64,000 nucleotides of DNA from Pristiophorus japonicus (taxonomy: Eukaryota). This document shows, piece by piece, positions 23,780 through 36,400 of this stretch (positions are counted from its first letter, which is position 1; the number at the start of each line of letters is the position of its first letter). The DNA is taken from assembly GCF_044704955.1 (NCBI RefSeq), contig NC_091999.1, forward strand, positions 14,322,001 through 14,386,000, given 5' to 3'. A model generated the notes under the pieces. That model saw nothing but the letters and a program-made list of their open reading frames with translations, did no database searches and was not told the DNA's origin. A program made the position numbers and the translations under genes.

Positions 23780-24900
23780 TGCGTATGTTTGTTTGTAAGA
23801 TTGTGCATGTGTGTGTAAATCTTTGTTTATGTTTTGTGTAAGAGTGTGTGTGTTTATATGTAAGTGTGTGTGTTTATATGTAAGTGTATGTGTTTATATG
23901 TAATTATGAGTGTGCGATTTGTTGTAGGTGAGTGTGTGTACTTTTATGTGTAAGCATGTTCATGTCTAAGGGTTTGTGTGTTGATGTGTGTGTGTGTATG
24001 TGTGTGTATTTGTTTGTGTACAAGTGTGTTCATCTGTGTGTTTACCTGTAAGTGTATGTGTATGGTTATGTCTAAGTGTTTGTTTATGTTTAGGTGTAAG
24101 TGCGTGTGTGTATGAGTTTTTGTGTAACAGTGTGTTTACATGTAAGTTTGTGTGTGTGTGTTTTGTGTCAGTGTGTGTTTGGATTTATATGCGTGTTCAT
24201 GCTTGAGTAAGTGTGTTCAGGTGAGTGCTTCCCTGTAAGTGTATGGCTATGTCTCAGTGTTTGTTCATGTTTAGGTGTAAGCGTGTGTGTGTTTATGTGT
24301 AACAATGGATTTGCAGGTAAGATTTTGTGTGTGTGTTTTGTGTAAGTGTGTGTGTGGATTGATGTGTGTATTTATGTGTGTAAATGTGTGTTTTTGTAAG
24401 TGTGTGTGTGTGGATTGATGTATGTGTTTATGTGTGTGTAAGTGTGTTTTTTTGATAGTGTGTGTGTGGATTGATGTATGTGTTGATATGTGTGTAAATG
24501 TGTGTTTGTGTAAGTTTGTGTGTGGATTGCTGTCTGTGTTTATGTGTGTGTAAGTGTGTGTAAGTGTGTTTTGTGTAAGTGTGTGTGTGGATTTGTGTGT
24601 GTATTTATGTGTGTGTAAGTGTGTGTAAATGTGTTTTCTGTAAACATGTGTGTGGATTGATGTTTGTGCCTATGTGTGTGTAAGTGTGTGTAAGTATGTG
24701 TTGTGTAAGTGTGTGTTTGGATTGACGTGTATTATTGCTATTGTTCAAAGTTTCACAGAGTACCAATAACTGGATTGGACAATGAAGGTTTTCATTATAT
24801 TCTAGTTATGTTTAATATTATGTGTCAGAGTGTTAGTGTGTCTTTATATGTAAGTCTATGTGTGTGTATGTGTAATTGTGCACTTACACAAAACACACAC
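23780..24900. repeat. (TG)-rich low-complexity tract in the CH4-TM1 intron
   Basis: Degenerate tgtgtgtaag/tttatgtg repeats over about 1.1 kb. Confidence 0.9.
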
Positions 24901-25634
24901 TTACACGAAATCTTCAACACACTTATATATGAACACAGACAAACTCACTTTCACATGTATGCTCCCTGCTCTGTATAAATGTGTCCTGTGTGAGGCTCAA
25001 TGTGACGTCAGCTGAAGGATTGCAACAATTCAACCGATGGGCCTGAGAAACATCAGCGACACAACTGTGAGAAACCCGCAGAGGATACAATCACCAGTTT
25101 AGATATGGCCCATTGAATTCAGCATGTTAGTTTACAATTAACAGGGACTGTTTAATCACAACCCTATTTAAAAATATTACGTGGAATAAATAGTTATTTC
25201 AGAATATAATATTCATATGGCAAGTTTAAAATCTTTAGACCATGGGTTAGAATGTGACATTGTACTGATGGCAACTTAGTCCATTTAAAAGAGAGTGGTT
25301 CACTTCCCATCTCCCTGTGGGAGGGGCAGTGGGGGTTACGTGAATTACACTTTCCCGTTCCCCTCTCGCTGGTGGGTGTGAGAGGTAGTGAGTTAATAAT
25401 TACCCTTTACTCTCTCTCTGCTGAAGTTACTTTCAGGAATCCTGTAATGAGAAAACTTCATTCACCCAGTCTCTAACCCATGGTGTATCTGAGCTGGGAG
25501 CGCTGGCTGCACAAGCCTTGGACCCGAGACTCGCAAACACCCTACTTCAGATAAACAGCCCTCACATTGGCAAAATTAGGAAACATAATTAATTGAGCGG
25601 CTGTGTTTAAAACTCACTATTGGGAGAAAAGCAC

Positions 25635-25640
25635 TTTATT
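25635..25640 (-). terminator. Secretory-form poly(A) signal
   Basis: AATAAA about 40 nt after the tailpiece stop; a second one at 25645-25650. Confidence 0.7.
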
Positions 25641-25678
25641 GGTTTTTATTTAAGAACTGAAATGCAATCGAGAGATTC

Positions 25679-26070
25679 TCATTGACAAGAATTGATGGTG
25701 TCCATCAGAACAAGGGAAATGTTCACAAAACTGGGTTTACCGCTGGATTTATTGACGGTTCTGTTGGTGATCTTCAAGGGGATCATTTCATGTCCCACCA
25801 CACAGGAGTGAGAGGCGCCGCTGGCCCACTCCTCGGCTGCAATGGATAGCAGGCTGTACATGAAGAATGATCTGCTGCCGTTCTCCGCCATCACCTCGGT
25901 GTTCTTGTAGTTGCCGGAATCCACCGGCTTGTCATTGACGGTCCATTTGGCGAAGATCTCTCGGGGGGAGAAACCTGTCACTAAGCAGGTGAGGCTGACC
26001 AACCTCTGAGCGGAGACTTCTTCTACCGAGGGCAGGAGGACAGACACGGCCGGTTCCCGCTGATCTTTCG
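25679..26070 (-). CDS. IGHM: IgM CH4 exon plus secretory tailpiece
   Basis: ttctacag|CG; [56 protein letters not shown]. Internal donor G|GTAAA at 25741/25740 for the membrane form; penultimate Cys and N-glycan site present. Confidence 0.95.
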
Positions 26071-26965
26071 CTGTAGAACAGTTACAATAAAGGCCAATGA
26101 ACTGGACAGTTCCAGAGACAATGGGGGGAATATTAATCGAATACAGCGGGTGTGTTGTGGGCGAGGGGGTGGTTAAATTGTTAAAAATCGGAATCCCGAC
26201 CTCAACTCGCCCACTCCCGGTTGTAACATTATATTTGAGTAATATAATTAAATGAGGCTGGAATCCTCTATTTTAACCACCATTTGGTGTTTAACTGTCG
26301 CTGGTCCGGTTTGACACACAGTGCAAATCCCAGCAGTTACAGTGAGGCGGGGACTGCTGCACCCAGGTGGCAATTGCCCTGACACCTACCCACTGGATCC
26401 AGGGTCCCTGTCTATCCCATCCCCCGCGATCCGAGACCTCCTGACTCGGCTTCCAATCCTCCCATTCTCCCGGGTGGCCTGTGAGACCACCGCGCCCAAC
26501 TCGCCTTCCTCACTTAAATTCAACCAATATCCAGTGGTTAGATGTGAGAGAAATGGACTCTGCATTCACTTTTAACGCTTTTCCTTTTCCTCTCTGGAGC
26601 CTCTCTGGTTTTCCATCTCTTAGCAAAGGGAACGTAATCTTTCTCCTGAAATCTTGAAGGGTTGGACTGGAAAATGACATAGAATTTACTGCACAGAACG
26701 AGGAGATTTGGCCAACTATGCCGGTGTTTATGCTGCACGCACGCCTCCTCTGAGCTCACATACTCTGCTATTTCTAGCTCGCTCACGGACTTATCCAGTT
26801 TCCCCTAAAATGCATAATGTCAGGTCCCAGAGTGCTGAGTTCGTGGAATTACCAAACTGAATGATCAGAGTAGCCCATTAAACACTTTATAAGATGAATT
26901 GGCCCTTGCACATGCACCGGAAATAGTCGCAGTGTCTCACTTATTGCAACAATCTCCCCGCTCAC

Positions 26966-27274
26966 CCTTTTCCTTGTGGATGGAATCTCTGAGAGGAGTC
27001 GGCATATCCTGATGGCTCACCACGCAGTAGAACTTATCCCCACTCAGCCAGTCTTGTGTCGAGATGTTTAAGTTGCTGATCACGCTGTTGGGATTCTCTC
27101 CCAGTTGAACGGCAATCTCTGATTTCAAAGCCTCCTTTTCTCAGGTCCAGGATACGGTGAGCCCAGAAGGAGCGTCAGACACGATGCAGGTTAAGGTCAC
27201 CGTCGCCTCCAGTAGGACCTGTTCCAGTGACGGTGGGCGAAGAGTGACTTTTGAATCGCTGCATGGGACATCCA
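26966..27274 (-). pseudogene. IGHM: IgM CH3 exon with premature stop
   Basis: tttcgcag|TG; [71 protein letters not shown]; donor G|GTGAG. Confidence 0.92.
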
Positions 27275-27979
27275 CTGCGAAACAGGAATGAAAGTCAGGA
27301 AAAGCTGCATCTTCCGAACCAGGACATCAATATTTAGCTTTAACTCTTTCAAGGGGAATAAATCACTGTTGAGATATCAACCTCCCGCTGTTGCTTAAAC
27401 ACCGTCGTTATTGGAAGGGCAATGAATTGGCAATGATTCCGGGAGATCTGTAATATTTCCTGTGTATTTGCAGCCAGAGCCACCTAATGGGCTGTGAAGC
27501 AAATACCTGGTGTAAAATGGGAATACATTGGGGCGCAATTGTGTTAGGCACTGAATAGTGCTCTTCCTGAAATCCCTTGCTATTTTACGCCCGTCTATAG
27601 TTCCTTTCACCCAACTGCATATCTGCTGGTTATAATAGCTGAAGCCCAAATAGCCCGAAGTTCAAGAGGTCTCCACCAGCATTTTTCTGGTTCAAAACCA
27701 GTGTCAAATGCTTTTCAGGAATTTAGGGGCAGCAGGAAACAAAGTTAAGTTTCTGGTCTCTTGCTGCGATATTTGTTGGGGTGAAAATGTGCAGGAACCA
27801 GTCACAACCCCCGTCAGAGGAGAAGTGCAAGGTCGGGAGAATGGAGTTCCAAGGAGTCTTTTGTGGTGGGGCATCATTTGTAATGATGTGAGGTAGTTTG
27901 TTAATTTCTGTAATTACTGAACATTTATCATGTCTAGTGAGAGAGAGTCGGAATGAAATATGATCCCAGGGCATTAATA

Positions 27980-28500
27980 GCAACATAGGAACAGGAGGAG
28001 GCCATTCAGCCCATCCATCCTGTCCCACCATCCAGTTAGATCATGGCTGATCAACACTCAACACCATCTTCCCGCCTTGGTTATGTAACCCTTGATAATC
28101 TTGCCTAACAAAAATCTCTCAATCTCTGCTTTTAAATTTTCAAATGAAACCCAGGGTCAGCAGCTTTTGGGGAGGGAAATCCCGACTTGCATTATTCTCC
28201 CCGTGAAGAAATCCTTCCTGATATCACCTCTGCACGGCCTAACTCTAATTTTAAAGTTATGCGACTTGTTCTGGACTCTCCCAACAAAACAAATAATTTT
28301 TTTCTATATCTCCTCGATCAATGTCATTTATCAACTTAAACACGTCAATTGCATCCCCTCGTAGTGTTCTATACTCGTCTCCTGATCCTTTTACATTATT
28401 AGACCTGGTTTAATTCGGGTACACCTGCAGTTTAGCGCCTCCACGTATATCCTTCCTGAGGTGCACAGCCCAGAATTGGGCTCAGTGCTCTGAATAGGGT
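27980..28500 (-). mobile_element. Old CR1 3' fragment
   Basis: aacataggaacaggaggaggccattcagccc 3' UTR and degraded RT end. Confidence 0.65.
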
Positions 28501-28689
28501 AGATGCCCATTCTTGTAGTGCGTTCCTGAACAGTTAGCAGTAAAGGGTTCCAGACTCCTACTGCCAATCCGTATATGATCAGCCAATTCAGGATAAACCT
28601 GAGACTAAGGACACCTCACTCACTGCCTGAAATCAGAGCAGGGGAAAGCTTCTTTGGTGAGGTTATTAAATCCTAAGCAATGAGGAATC

Positions 28690-29113
28690 CTGAACCAGAA
28701 GATCATGGGTTGAATTCCCACTCCAGATATTTGATCGCAAAATGTAAGCTGAGTCTCCCAGTGCAGTACAGGGGGTGTGGTGCACTATCGGAGGTGTCGT
28801 CTTTTGGATCAGGTGTTAAACCGAGGATCCGTCTGGCCTCTCAGGTGGACTTAAAAGATCCCCTGGAATTATTTCAATGAAAAGCAGAGGAGTTCTACCT
28901 GGTGGCCTGAGAATATTTATCCCTCAAGAAATATTACTCAACAAAAAAAAAATGGTCATTATCACACTGCTGTTTGTGGGAGCTTGCTGTGCACTAAATG
29001 ACTGCCGCACTTTGTACATTACAACTGTGACCACATTTCACAACTTAATTCATTGGCTGGCAAGCGCTTTGGTTCAGTCTGTGGTCGTTGAAGGCGCTGT
29101 ATAAAGGCAAGTT
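28690..29113 (+). mobile_element. DeuSINE (SacSINE1/AmnSINE1-like)
   Basis: Deu-domain core ggtcattatcacactgctgtttgtgggagcttgctgtgc..tacattacaac..cattggctg..gcgctttgg and a ggcgctgtataaa 3' end. Confidence 0.7.
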
Positions 29114-29211
29114 TGTATCGCAAGAATACACAAACTGCATGATTGGAAATTAGGAATAGTCCTCTGCTTTTTACTAATTGCAATAAAAGTCCTGACTGAG
29201 ATCAGCGCTCA

Positions 29212-29505
29212 GAATGGTCAGGATAAGGGGTACGCCATTTAGGACTGAGATGAGGAGAAACTTCTTTATTCAGAGAGTTGTTAACCTGTGGAATTCCCTG
29301 CCGCAGAGCGTTGTTGATGCCAGTTCATTGGGCATATTCAAGAGGGAGTTAGATATGGTCCTAGCGGCTACAGGGATCAAGAGGTATGGAGGGAAAGCAG
29401 GAAAGTGGTACTGAGGTGAATGATCAGCCATGATCTTATTGAATGCTGGTGCAGGTTCGAAGGGACGAATGGCCCACTCCTGCACCTATTTTCTATGTTT
29501 CTATA
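29212..29505 (+). mobile_element. CR1 3' end
   Basis: RTEMRRNFFIQRVV, 3' UTR, tttctatgtttcta tail. Confidence 0.88.
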
Positions 29506-29538
29506 TTTCTAGGAACCTCCCGGGATTGTGCCTCTTAC

Positions 29539-29851
29539 CCTGAGATCTGCTGAAGTTATGGCTTTGCATGACCCCTACATGAGTGACCTGGCAGGTGTAG
29601 ACTGAGCCGGTGAACCATTCCTCGGCGGGGACTATCAGCCGACTGGACGCCGAGAAGTTCCCGTTCACCTCAAAGACGGGAGCGGTGATGAATCCCGAAT
29701 CCAGGAGTTGTCCACTCTTCAGCCAATTCACAGTCAGTGACTTTGGCCGGAAATCGATGATTGAACACACGGCGCTTGCATATCTGCTGTTGGTGATTTG
29801 TTCAGTGGAACTCAGCGTGAGGAGAACAGTTGGAGGAACGATCTTCAGGAT
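29539..29851 (-). CDS. IGHM: IgM CH2 exon (acceptor ambiguous: 29851 or 29880)
   Basis: [43 protein letters not shown]; donor G|GTAAG. Confidence 0.9.
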
Positions 29852-30117
29852 CTTCAAGAGAAGACATATTATTGCCATTGCTTGCAAAATAAATGATTAA
29901 ACAATGCAAAGTGTCCTTATGTTTTAACAGGTTCTTTGCTGTAATTCTAACACTAACCTGGCATTTACAGAGACCAGAACAGTGCATAGTATTCTAAGTA
30001 TGATATGGAGACCAGAACTATACACAGTACTCTAAGTGTGGTCTAACTAAGTTTCAATACAAGTTGAACATAATTTCTCACCTTATCACAGTTTGCCCTG
30101 TATCCCACACCACTAAC

Positions 30118-30417
30118 CGGGCATTGTGATGTTCCACACCGACCCACAACGTCGAACCTCGCAGTAGATTGTGCTGCTCCCCACCTCTGACTCGGTGATG
30201 GTTAACTGGCTGCTCAGGGTGTAGGTTCCCTTCCTGTTGAGCACTGACGGGTAGGTCTTCAATCCAGTGGTGATCGGCTCTTTATCTTTCTTCCAGGAAA
30301 GGCTGGTGATGTCGGGGGAGTAGTCCATCGCCAAACAGTCGTACGTGACCGAGCCGTCGGTGCTGGGTTGTTCACAGGAGGAGAGCAGGGCGTAGAGGGT
30401 GGGGGGAGACGGTGTTA
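30118..30417 (-). CDS. IGHM: IgM CH1 exon
   Basis: ttctttgccag|TA; [47 protein letters not shown]; phase-1 donor G|GTTAGT. Confidence 0.93.
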
Positions 30418-30759
30418 CTGGCAAAGAATGGCCCATTGAACAAGTTAGACTCTATAATCCGTGCTTATAAAAGAAATAAACTCGAAATTTGACAGCAGAA
30501 TAAACTAAATCCACCACTTCCCTATCGACGACTACATGGGCATTTGAGCTTCTGTCAGTTCCTGTCGATGCCCTGGTCAGGAACACACCTCTCTATCCCC
30601 GAACTCTATTACATTACAAAACAAGAACATTTATACATCTCCTCAATAAAGAATCCTTTATGGGATCATACAATCGAAGAGCAGAGACCTGTTCCTGTTA
30701 TTTTGGCCAGCATTTATTTCTCAATCAGCACATCTGGTCCTTTATTTAATTGCAGTTTC

Positions 30760-30965
30760 ATCGCCGAGAGCATGCAGAAAACAAGCGCAGGCAGCGGGAG
30801 GAGCGTGCGGTAAACCAGTCCCACCCACCCTTTCCCTCAACCACTGCCTGTCCCACCTGTGACAGAGACTGTGGTTCTCATATTGGACAGCTCAGTCACC
30901 TGAGAACTCACTTTTAGAGTGGAAGCAAGTCTTCCCCGATTCCCAGGGACTGCCTGTGGTGATGA
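30760..30965 (+). mobile_element. RTE-clade LINE 3' fragment
   Basis: Homologous to the 3' end of the 36.0-36.7 kb element (CPTCDR zinc motif, gggactgcct..tgatga). Confidence 0.75.
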
Positions 30966-31129
30966 CTTCCGTTTGTTGCGGCCGTTTGTTTTGCTGGGGT
31001 CGGCGATTTTATTTTTTTGAACAAAATATATTTTTGTTTTTGTGCACTTTATTACACTTCATTCCTCTCTCCTTCAAACTCACTTTCTTTAATTTTGCTT
31101 TCTAATTCCAGCTTTACTCCCCTCCCTAC

Positions 31130-32100
31130 TGAATTTATTTTCAGGTTCCCATCCCCCTGCCAAGCTTTGGTCCCGACTCTGTTGAGGTGCAACCCATCTG
31201 GTTTGTCCATGTCCCACCTCCCCCAGAAGCGGTCCCAATGCCTCAGGAAACTAGAGCCCTCCCACCTGCACCATCTCTCCAGTCACATATTCATCTGCTC
31301 TATCCTCCTATCTGTAGTCACTAGCTCGTGGCATCGGGAGTAATCCGCAGATTACTAGCTTTGAGGTCCTGCTTTTTAATCTCTCTCCGAGCTCCCGAAA
31401 CGCTGCCTGCAGGACCCCAGCCCTCTTTCTACCTGAGTCATTGGTCCCAATGTGGACCACAACATCCGGCTGTTCACCCTCTCCTCCTAGAATGCCCTGA
31501 CATCCTTGACTCTGGCACCAGGGAGGCAACATACTATCCTGGATTCACGTCTGCGGCCGCAGAAACGCCTGTCTGTTCCCCGACTATTGAATCCCCTACC
31601 ACTATAGCTCTTCCATTCTTCTTCCTCCCTTCCTTCCACCCCCCCTCCCCTGCAGCTGAGCCATCCGTGGTGCCGTGGATTTGGCTCTGGCTGCACTCCC
31701 CAGAGCCACCATCGCCCTCACCAGTACTCAGAACAGAGAACCAGTTGGAGAGCGAGATATACTCAGGGTACTCCTGCACTACCTGCCTGGTCCTCCTCTT
31801 CTGTCCAGGGGTCACCCAATCCCTATTTGCCTGTAGATTCTTAAGCTGCGGGGTGACCACCTCTAGAAACGTGATATCCCCGTAGCTCTCAGTCTCATGG
31901 ATGCACCGCAGTGATTCCAGCCGCCGCTCAAGCTCCAAAACACGGAGCTCGAGTTGGTGCAGCTGGAGACACCTCCTGCACATTTGGTCATCCCGGCTGT
32001 GTGAAGTTTCCAGGATTTCCCACATGCCACAGGATGTGTAATCCACGGGACTGAGCTGTCCTGTCATCCCTCGAGTTACACTCACAACTATCAAGTAGAA
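31130..32100 (-). mobile_element. CR1 ORF1 region (zinc finger, coiled coil, SGNH esterase)
   Basis: CRRC..LELRVLELE, AIVVGDSIV, CLPGARVKDV, VVVHIGTND. Confidence 0.85.
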
Positions 32101-32204
32101 CTAAACTCTAAACCTTAGAGAAATACACCCAGCAACTACTCAGCAATCTGCTGATTTAACTAACCTTTAGTAAAAGACTAAATACAAACTTAACAGAAAA
32201 CAAA

Positions 32205-32445
32205 AAACCTTCAGGGGAGGAGAGGGAGGGGAACCATTGAGTGTGGAACTGAACCCAACCAGAGTCAGTACCTTCAGGAGAGGAGAGGGAGGGGAACGAG
32301 TGAGTGTGGAACTGAACCCAGCCAGAGTCAGTAACTTCAGAGGAGGGGAACCATTGAGTGTGGAACTGAACCCAACCAGAGTCAGTACCTTCAGGAGAGG
32401 AGAGGGAGGGGAACCAGTGAGTGCAGAACTGAACCCAACCAGAAT
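32205..32445. repeat. 53-63-bp minisatellite
   Basis: Four copies of gaggggaaccagtgagtgtggaactgaacccagccagagtcagtaccttcag. Inverted copies at 40585-40665 and 59110-59455. Confidence 0.9.
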
Positions 32446-32654
32446 CGGTGGTGAAAACTGGGAGTAGAGGAGAAACAGTCAAGAAATGTGTGTTGATTTG
32501 GATTTCAGCACAGCAGGAGGGACAATGTGTGGGACAGGGATTTACAGCTTTGGAAGATCAAGAGAGGAAAGAATGTTCCATGGAAACTAGATGTGTCTAT
32601 CCTCAATTTGTGTCTTGTACTGACAGTGATGAGTTTTGTTATCTCCTTTTACAG

Positions 32655-33272
32655 CGTATTAGAAGGGGAGATTTTCAGACAGGAAACACAAACCAAACAT
32701 CGCGTCAAAATCTGATGGAGTCAATCGATTCATCAGGACCTGAATATCATCGGCGTTTGAAAGTAGAAGGAGAAATATTTGTCTGTCCTGCCTGTGGGGA
32801 AAGATTTCAAGTATCAGTGTGACTGGAAAAGCACCGAGACACACACACCCGAGTGAGTGTTCCAGTGCACTGCCTGTGGAAAGAGCTTTAACCAGTTACA
32901 CAACCTGAAGAAACATCGCACCATTCACAGCGCGGAGAAACTGTAAACATGTTGTGTGTGTGGGCGAGGCTTCAACTGATCGTCCAACCATCCAGAGTCA
33001 CAAGGATACCCGCACCACGGAGAAACCGTGGAAATGTGGGGACTGTGGGAAGGTATTTAGATTGCTGTCTGTGCTGGAAATTCATCGACGCATTCACACT
33101 GGGGAGAGGCTGTTCACCTGCCCCGTGTGTGGGAAGGGATTCACCTGGGTCATCCCACCGGCTGAAACACCAGCGAGTTCACACTGGGGAGAGGCCATTC
33201 ACCTGCTCAGAATGTGGGAAGGGATTCACTGGATCATCCATTCTGCTCACACATCAGCAAGTTCACAAGTGA
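32655..33272 (+). pseudogene. C2H2 zinc-finger terminal exon, disrupted
   Basis: Acceptor ccttttacag; [48 protein letters not shown]; in-frame stops and frameshifts. Confidence 0.88.
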
Positions 33273-33424
33273 CTGCAGGGGTTGGAATCTGCTGTTATTA
33301 CTGTCACATTCTGACAGTTGGGGTTTGTTTGTGCTCATGCTAGTAACCCTATAACTGGACTTTAATATTCTGGAATTCTGGCGGGGGCGGGGGCGGGGGG
33401 GCGGGAGAGTGTAAACAGCTAGAG

Positions 33425-36400
33425 GTCGTGGTCTATATCAGGACCAGCACCATATGTAGAAAGAGGGATGAGGTCCTACAGGCACAATTTAGGGATCTAG
33501 GAAGAAAATTAAAGAGTAGGACCTCAAAGGTAGTAATCTCTGGACTATGACCAGTGCCACGTACTAATGAGTAGAAGAATAGAAGGACAGAGAGAATGAA
33601 TGCGTGGCTGGAGAGTTGGTGTAGGAAGGAGGGCTTTAAATTCTTGAGGGATTGGGACCACTTCTGGGGGAGATGGGACCTGTACAAACCGGACGGGTTG
33701 CACCTCAACAGTGCCGGGACCAATATCCTCGCGGGGAGCTTTGCTCGTGCTGTTGGGGAGAGTTTAAACTAGCTTAGCAGGGGATGGGAACCTGAGAACA
33801 CATTCAATAGGGAGGGAAGTAAAGCAGAAATTGGATAGCAAGAATTCAGAAAACGAATCTGTAAAACAGAGGAAACAAGGGTTAGTAAGTATTAATCAAG
33901 GAGGTCTTCCTGTGCTAAATAGTATATACTTTAATGCAATGAGTATAGCGAGTAAGGCGGATGAGCTAAGAGCACAGGTAGATACTTGGGAGTATGATAT
34001 TATAGCCATTACAGAGATATGGCTGAAAGAGGGGCAGGTTTGGCAGATCAATATTCCTGGTTACAGGATTTTTAGACAAGACAGAGAGGGGGGTAAAAAG
34101 GGTGTCACGGTATTAATTAAAGAAACTATTACAGCGGTGAGGAGGGATATTTTAGAGAGATCATCAAATTAGGCCATATGGGTCGAATTTAAAAATAAAA
34201 AGGGGGCGATCGCACTGCTGGCCATGTAATATAGACCCCCAAACAGTGGGAGTGAGACAGAGGAACAAATATGTTGGCAAATTGCTGTGAAGTTGAAAAA
34301 CCATAGGGCAGTAATAGTAGGGGATTTTAACGATCCTAATATTGATTGGGACAAATTTAGTGTGAAGGGTATCGAGGGTGCAGAATTCTTAAACTGCATT
34401 GAAGAGAACTTTTTTAGTCAGTATGTAACAAGCCCAACACAAGAGGGGGGGGTTTGGACTTAGTTTTGGGGTATGAAGCTGGGCAGGTTGAAGGGGTATT
34501 AGTGGGAGAGCACTTGGGTGCCAGTGACCATAATTCAGTCAGATTTAAGTTAATTCTGCAAAAGGACAAGGATAGGCCTCGAATAAAATTCCCAAATTGG
34601 GGAAAAGCTAACTTTGCTAAGTTGAGGAGTGATTTGGTCACAGTGGACTGGAAACTGCTACTTGTAGGTAAATCAGTGTCGGAACAGTGGGAGACATTCA
34701 AGGAGGAGGTCTGGAAGGCTCAGGCCAAACATGTGACTTTAAACAAAAAGGGTGGAATAACAATTCTAGAACCCGCTGGATGTCTAAGGACTTACAGGGG
34801 AGGATAAAGAAAAAACGGGAAGCTTGTGTCATATACCGATGGCTAAATACTGTAGAATCTTTGGCGGAATATAGAAAGTTAAGAGGTAAAATTAAAAAGG
34901 ATATTAGGAATGTTAAGAGAGCGCATGAAATATTATTGGCTCATAAAATTAAAACCCAAAGATGTTCTATAAATATATTAAGAGCAAGAGGATAATTAAA
35001 GAAAGGGTAGGTCCTATTATAGACCATGTGGGTAATCTTTGTGTGGAGGCGGAAGATGTTGTTATGATTCTTAATGAATATTTTGCATCTGTTTCCACAA
35101 AGGAAAGGGGCAATGCAGATACTGTTATTAAGGAGGAGTGTGAAATTCTGTATGAAATAAACAGTGAGAGAGGAGTATTAAGGGGTTTATCAGCTTTGGA
35201 AGTAGATAAGTCCCCAGGCCTAGCTGAAATACATTCCAGGCTGTTGAGCGAAATAAAAGAGGAAATAGCAGATTCCTTGACCATCATTTTCCAGTCATCT
35301 TTGGAGTTGGGCATCATGCCATAGGACTGCTAATGTGGTATCCTTGTTTAAGAAGGGAGAAAGGGATAGACCGAGTAATTACAGGCCTGTCAGCCTAACC
35401 TCAGTGGTGGAAAATTATTGGAAAAAATCCTGTGAGAGAGGATAAATCTACATTTGGAAAGGCGAGGACTAATTAGGGATAGTCAGCACAGATTTGTTAA
35501 GGGAAGATCGTGTTTGACTAACCTGATTACCTCCTCAAAAAATTCAACCAAGAGGGTCGATGAGGGTAGTGCACACAATGCAGTGAATATGGCCTTCAGC
35601 AAAGCTTTTGATAAGGTCCCACATGGTAGACTGGTCACGAAGGTTCAAGCCCATGGGATCCAGAGAAAAGTGGCAAGTTGGATCCAAAATTGGCTTTGAG
35701 GTAGGAAGAAAAGGTAATGATTAATGGATGTTTTTGTGACTGGAAGGATGTTTCCAGTGGGGTTCTGCAGGGCTCAGTCATGGGTCCCTTGCTTTTTGTG
35801 GTATATATCAATGATCTAGATTTGAATCTAGGGAGTATGATTAAGACATTTGCAGATGACACTAAAATTGGCTGTGTGGTTGATAATGAAGAGGAAAGTC
35901 ATGGACTGCAGGAGGATATCAATCTACTGGTCAGGTGGGCAGAGCAGTGGCAAATGGAATTTAATTCAGAGAAGTGTGAGGTATTGCACTTTGGGAGGGC
36001 TAATAAGGAAAGGGTATACACATTAATGTTTGAAGATCAGTCCCTCAAAATTGTCGCCAAGCTCATGGTCTACAGGGCCATAGTAATACCCGCCCTCCTG
36101 TATGGCTCAAAGACATGGACCATGTACAGTAGACACCTCAAGCCGCTGGAGAAATACCACCAGCGATGTCTCCGCAAGATTCAGAAAATCCCCTGGGAGG
36201 ACAGACGCACAAACATTAGCGTCCTCGTCCAGGCCAACATCCCCAGCATTGAAGCACTGACCACAATTGATCAGCTCCGCTGGGCAGGCCACATAGTTCG
36301 CATGGCAGACATGAGACTCCCAAAGCAAGCGCTCCACTCTGAACTCGTCCACGGCAAATGAGCCAAAGGCGGGCAGAGGAAACGTTACAAGGACACCCTC

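Larger units (their letters stand above)
22770..30417 (-). pseudogene. IGHM: IgM heavy-chain constant-region pseudogene (CH1-CH4, secretory tail, TM1, TM2)
   Basis: Six exons in canonical order resembling shark mu chains. TGA in CH3 at 27143-27141. No V/D/J seen upstream. Confidence 0.88.

Noticed and set aside
23780-24900. TG-rich tract as an Ig switch region
   Set aside because: Lies between CH4 and TM1, lacks AGCT density, and sharks have no canonical S regions.
35717-36361. 214-aa ORF as a novel RT-like protein
   Set aside because: Chance in-frame fusion of CR1 and the nested RTE.
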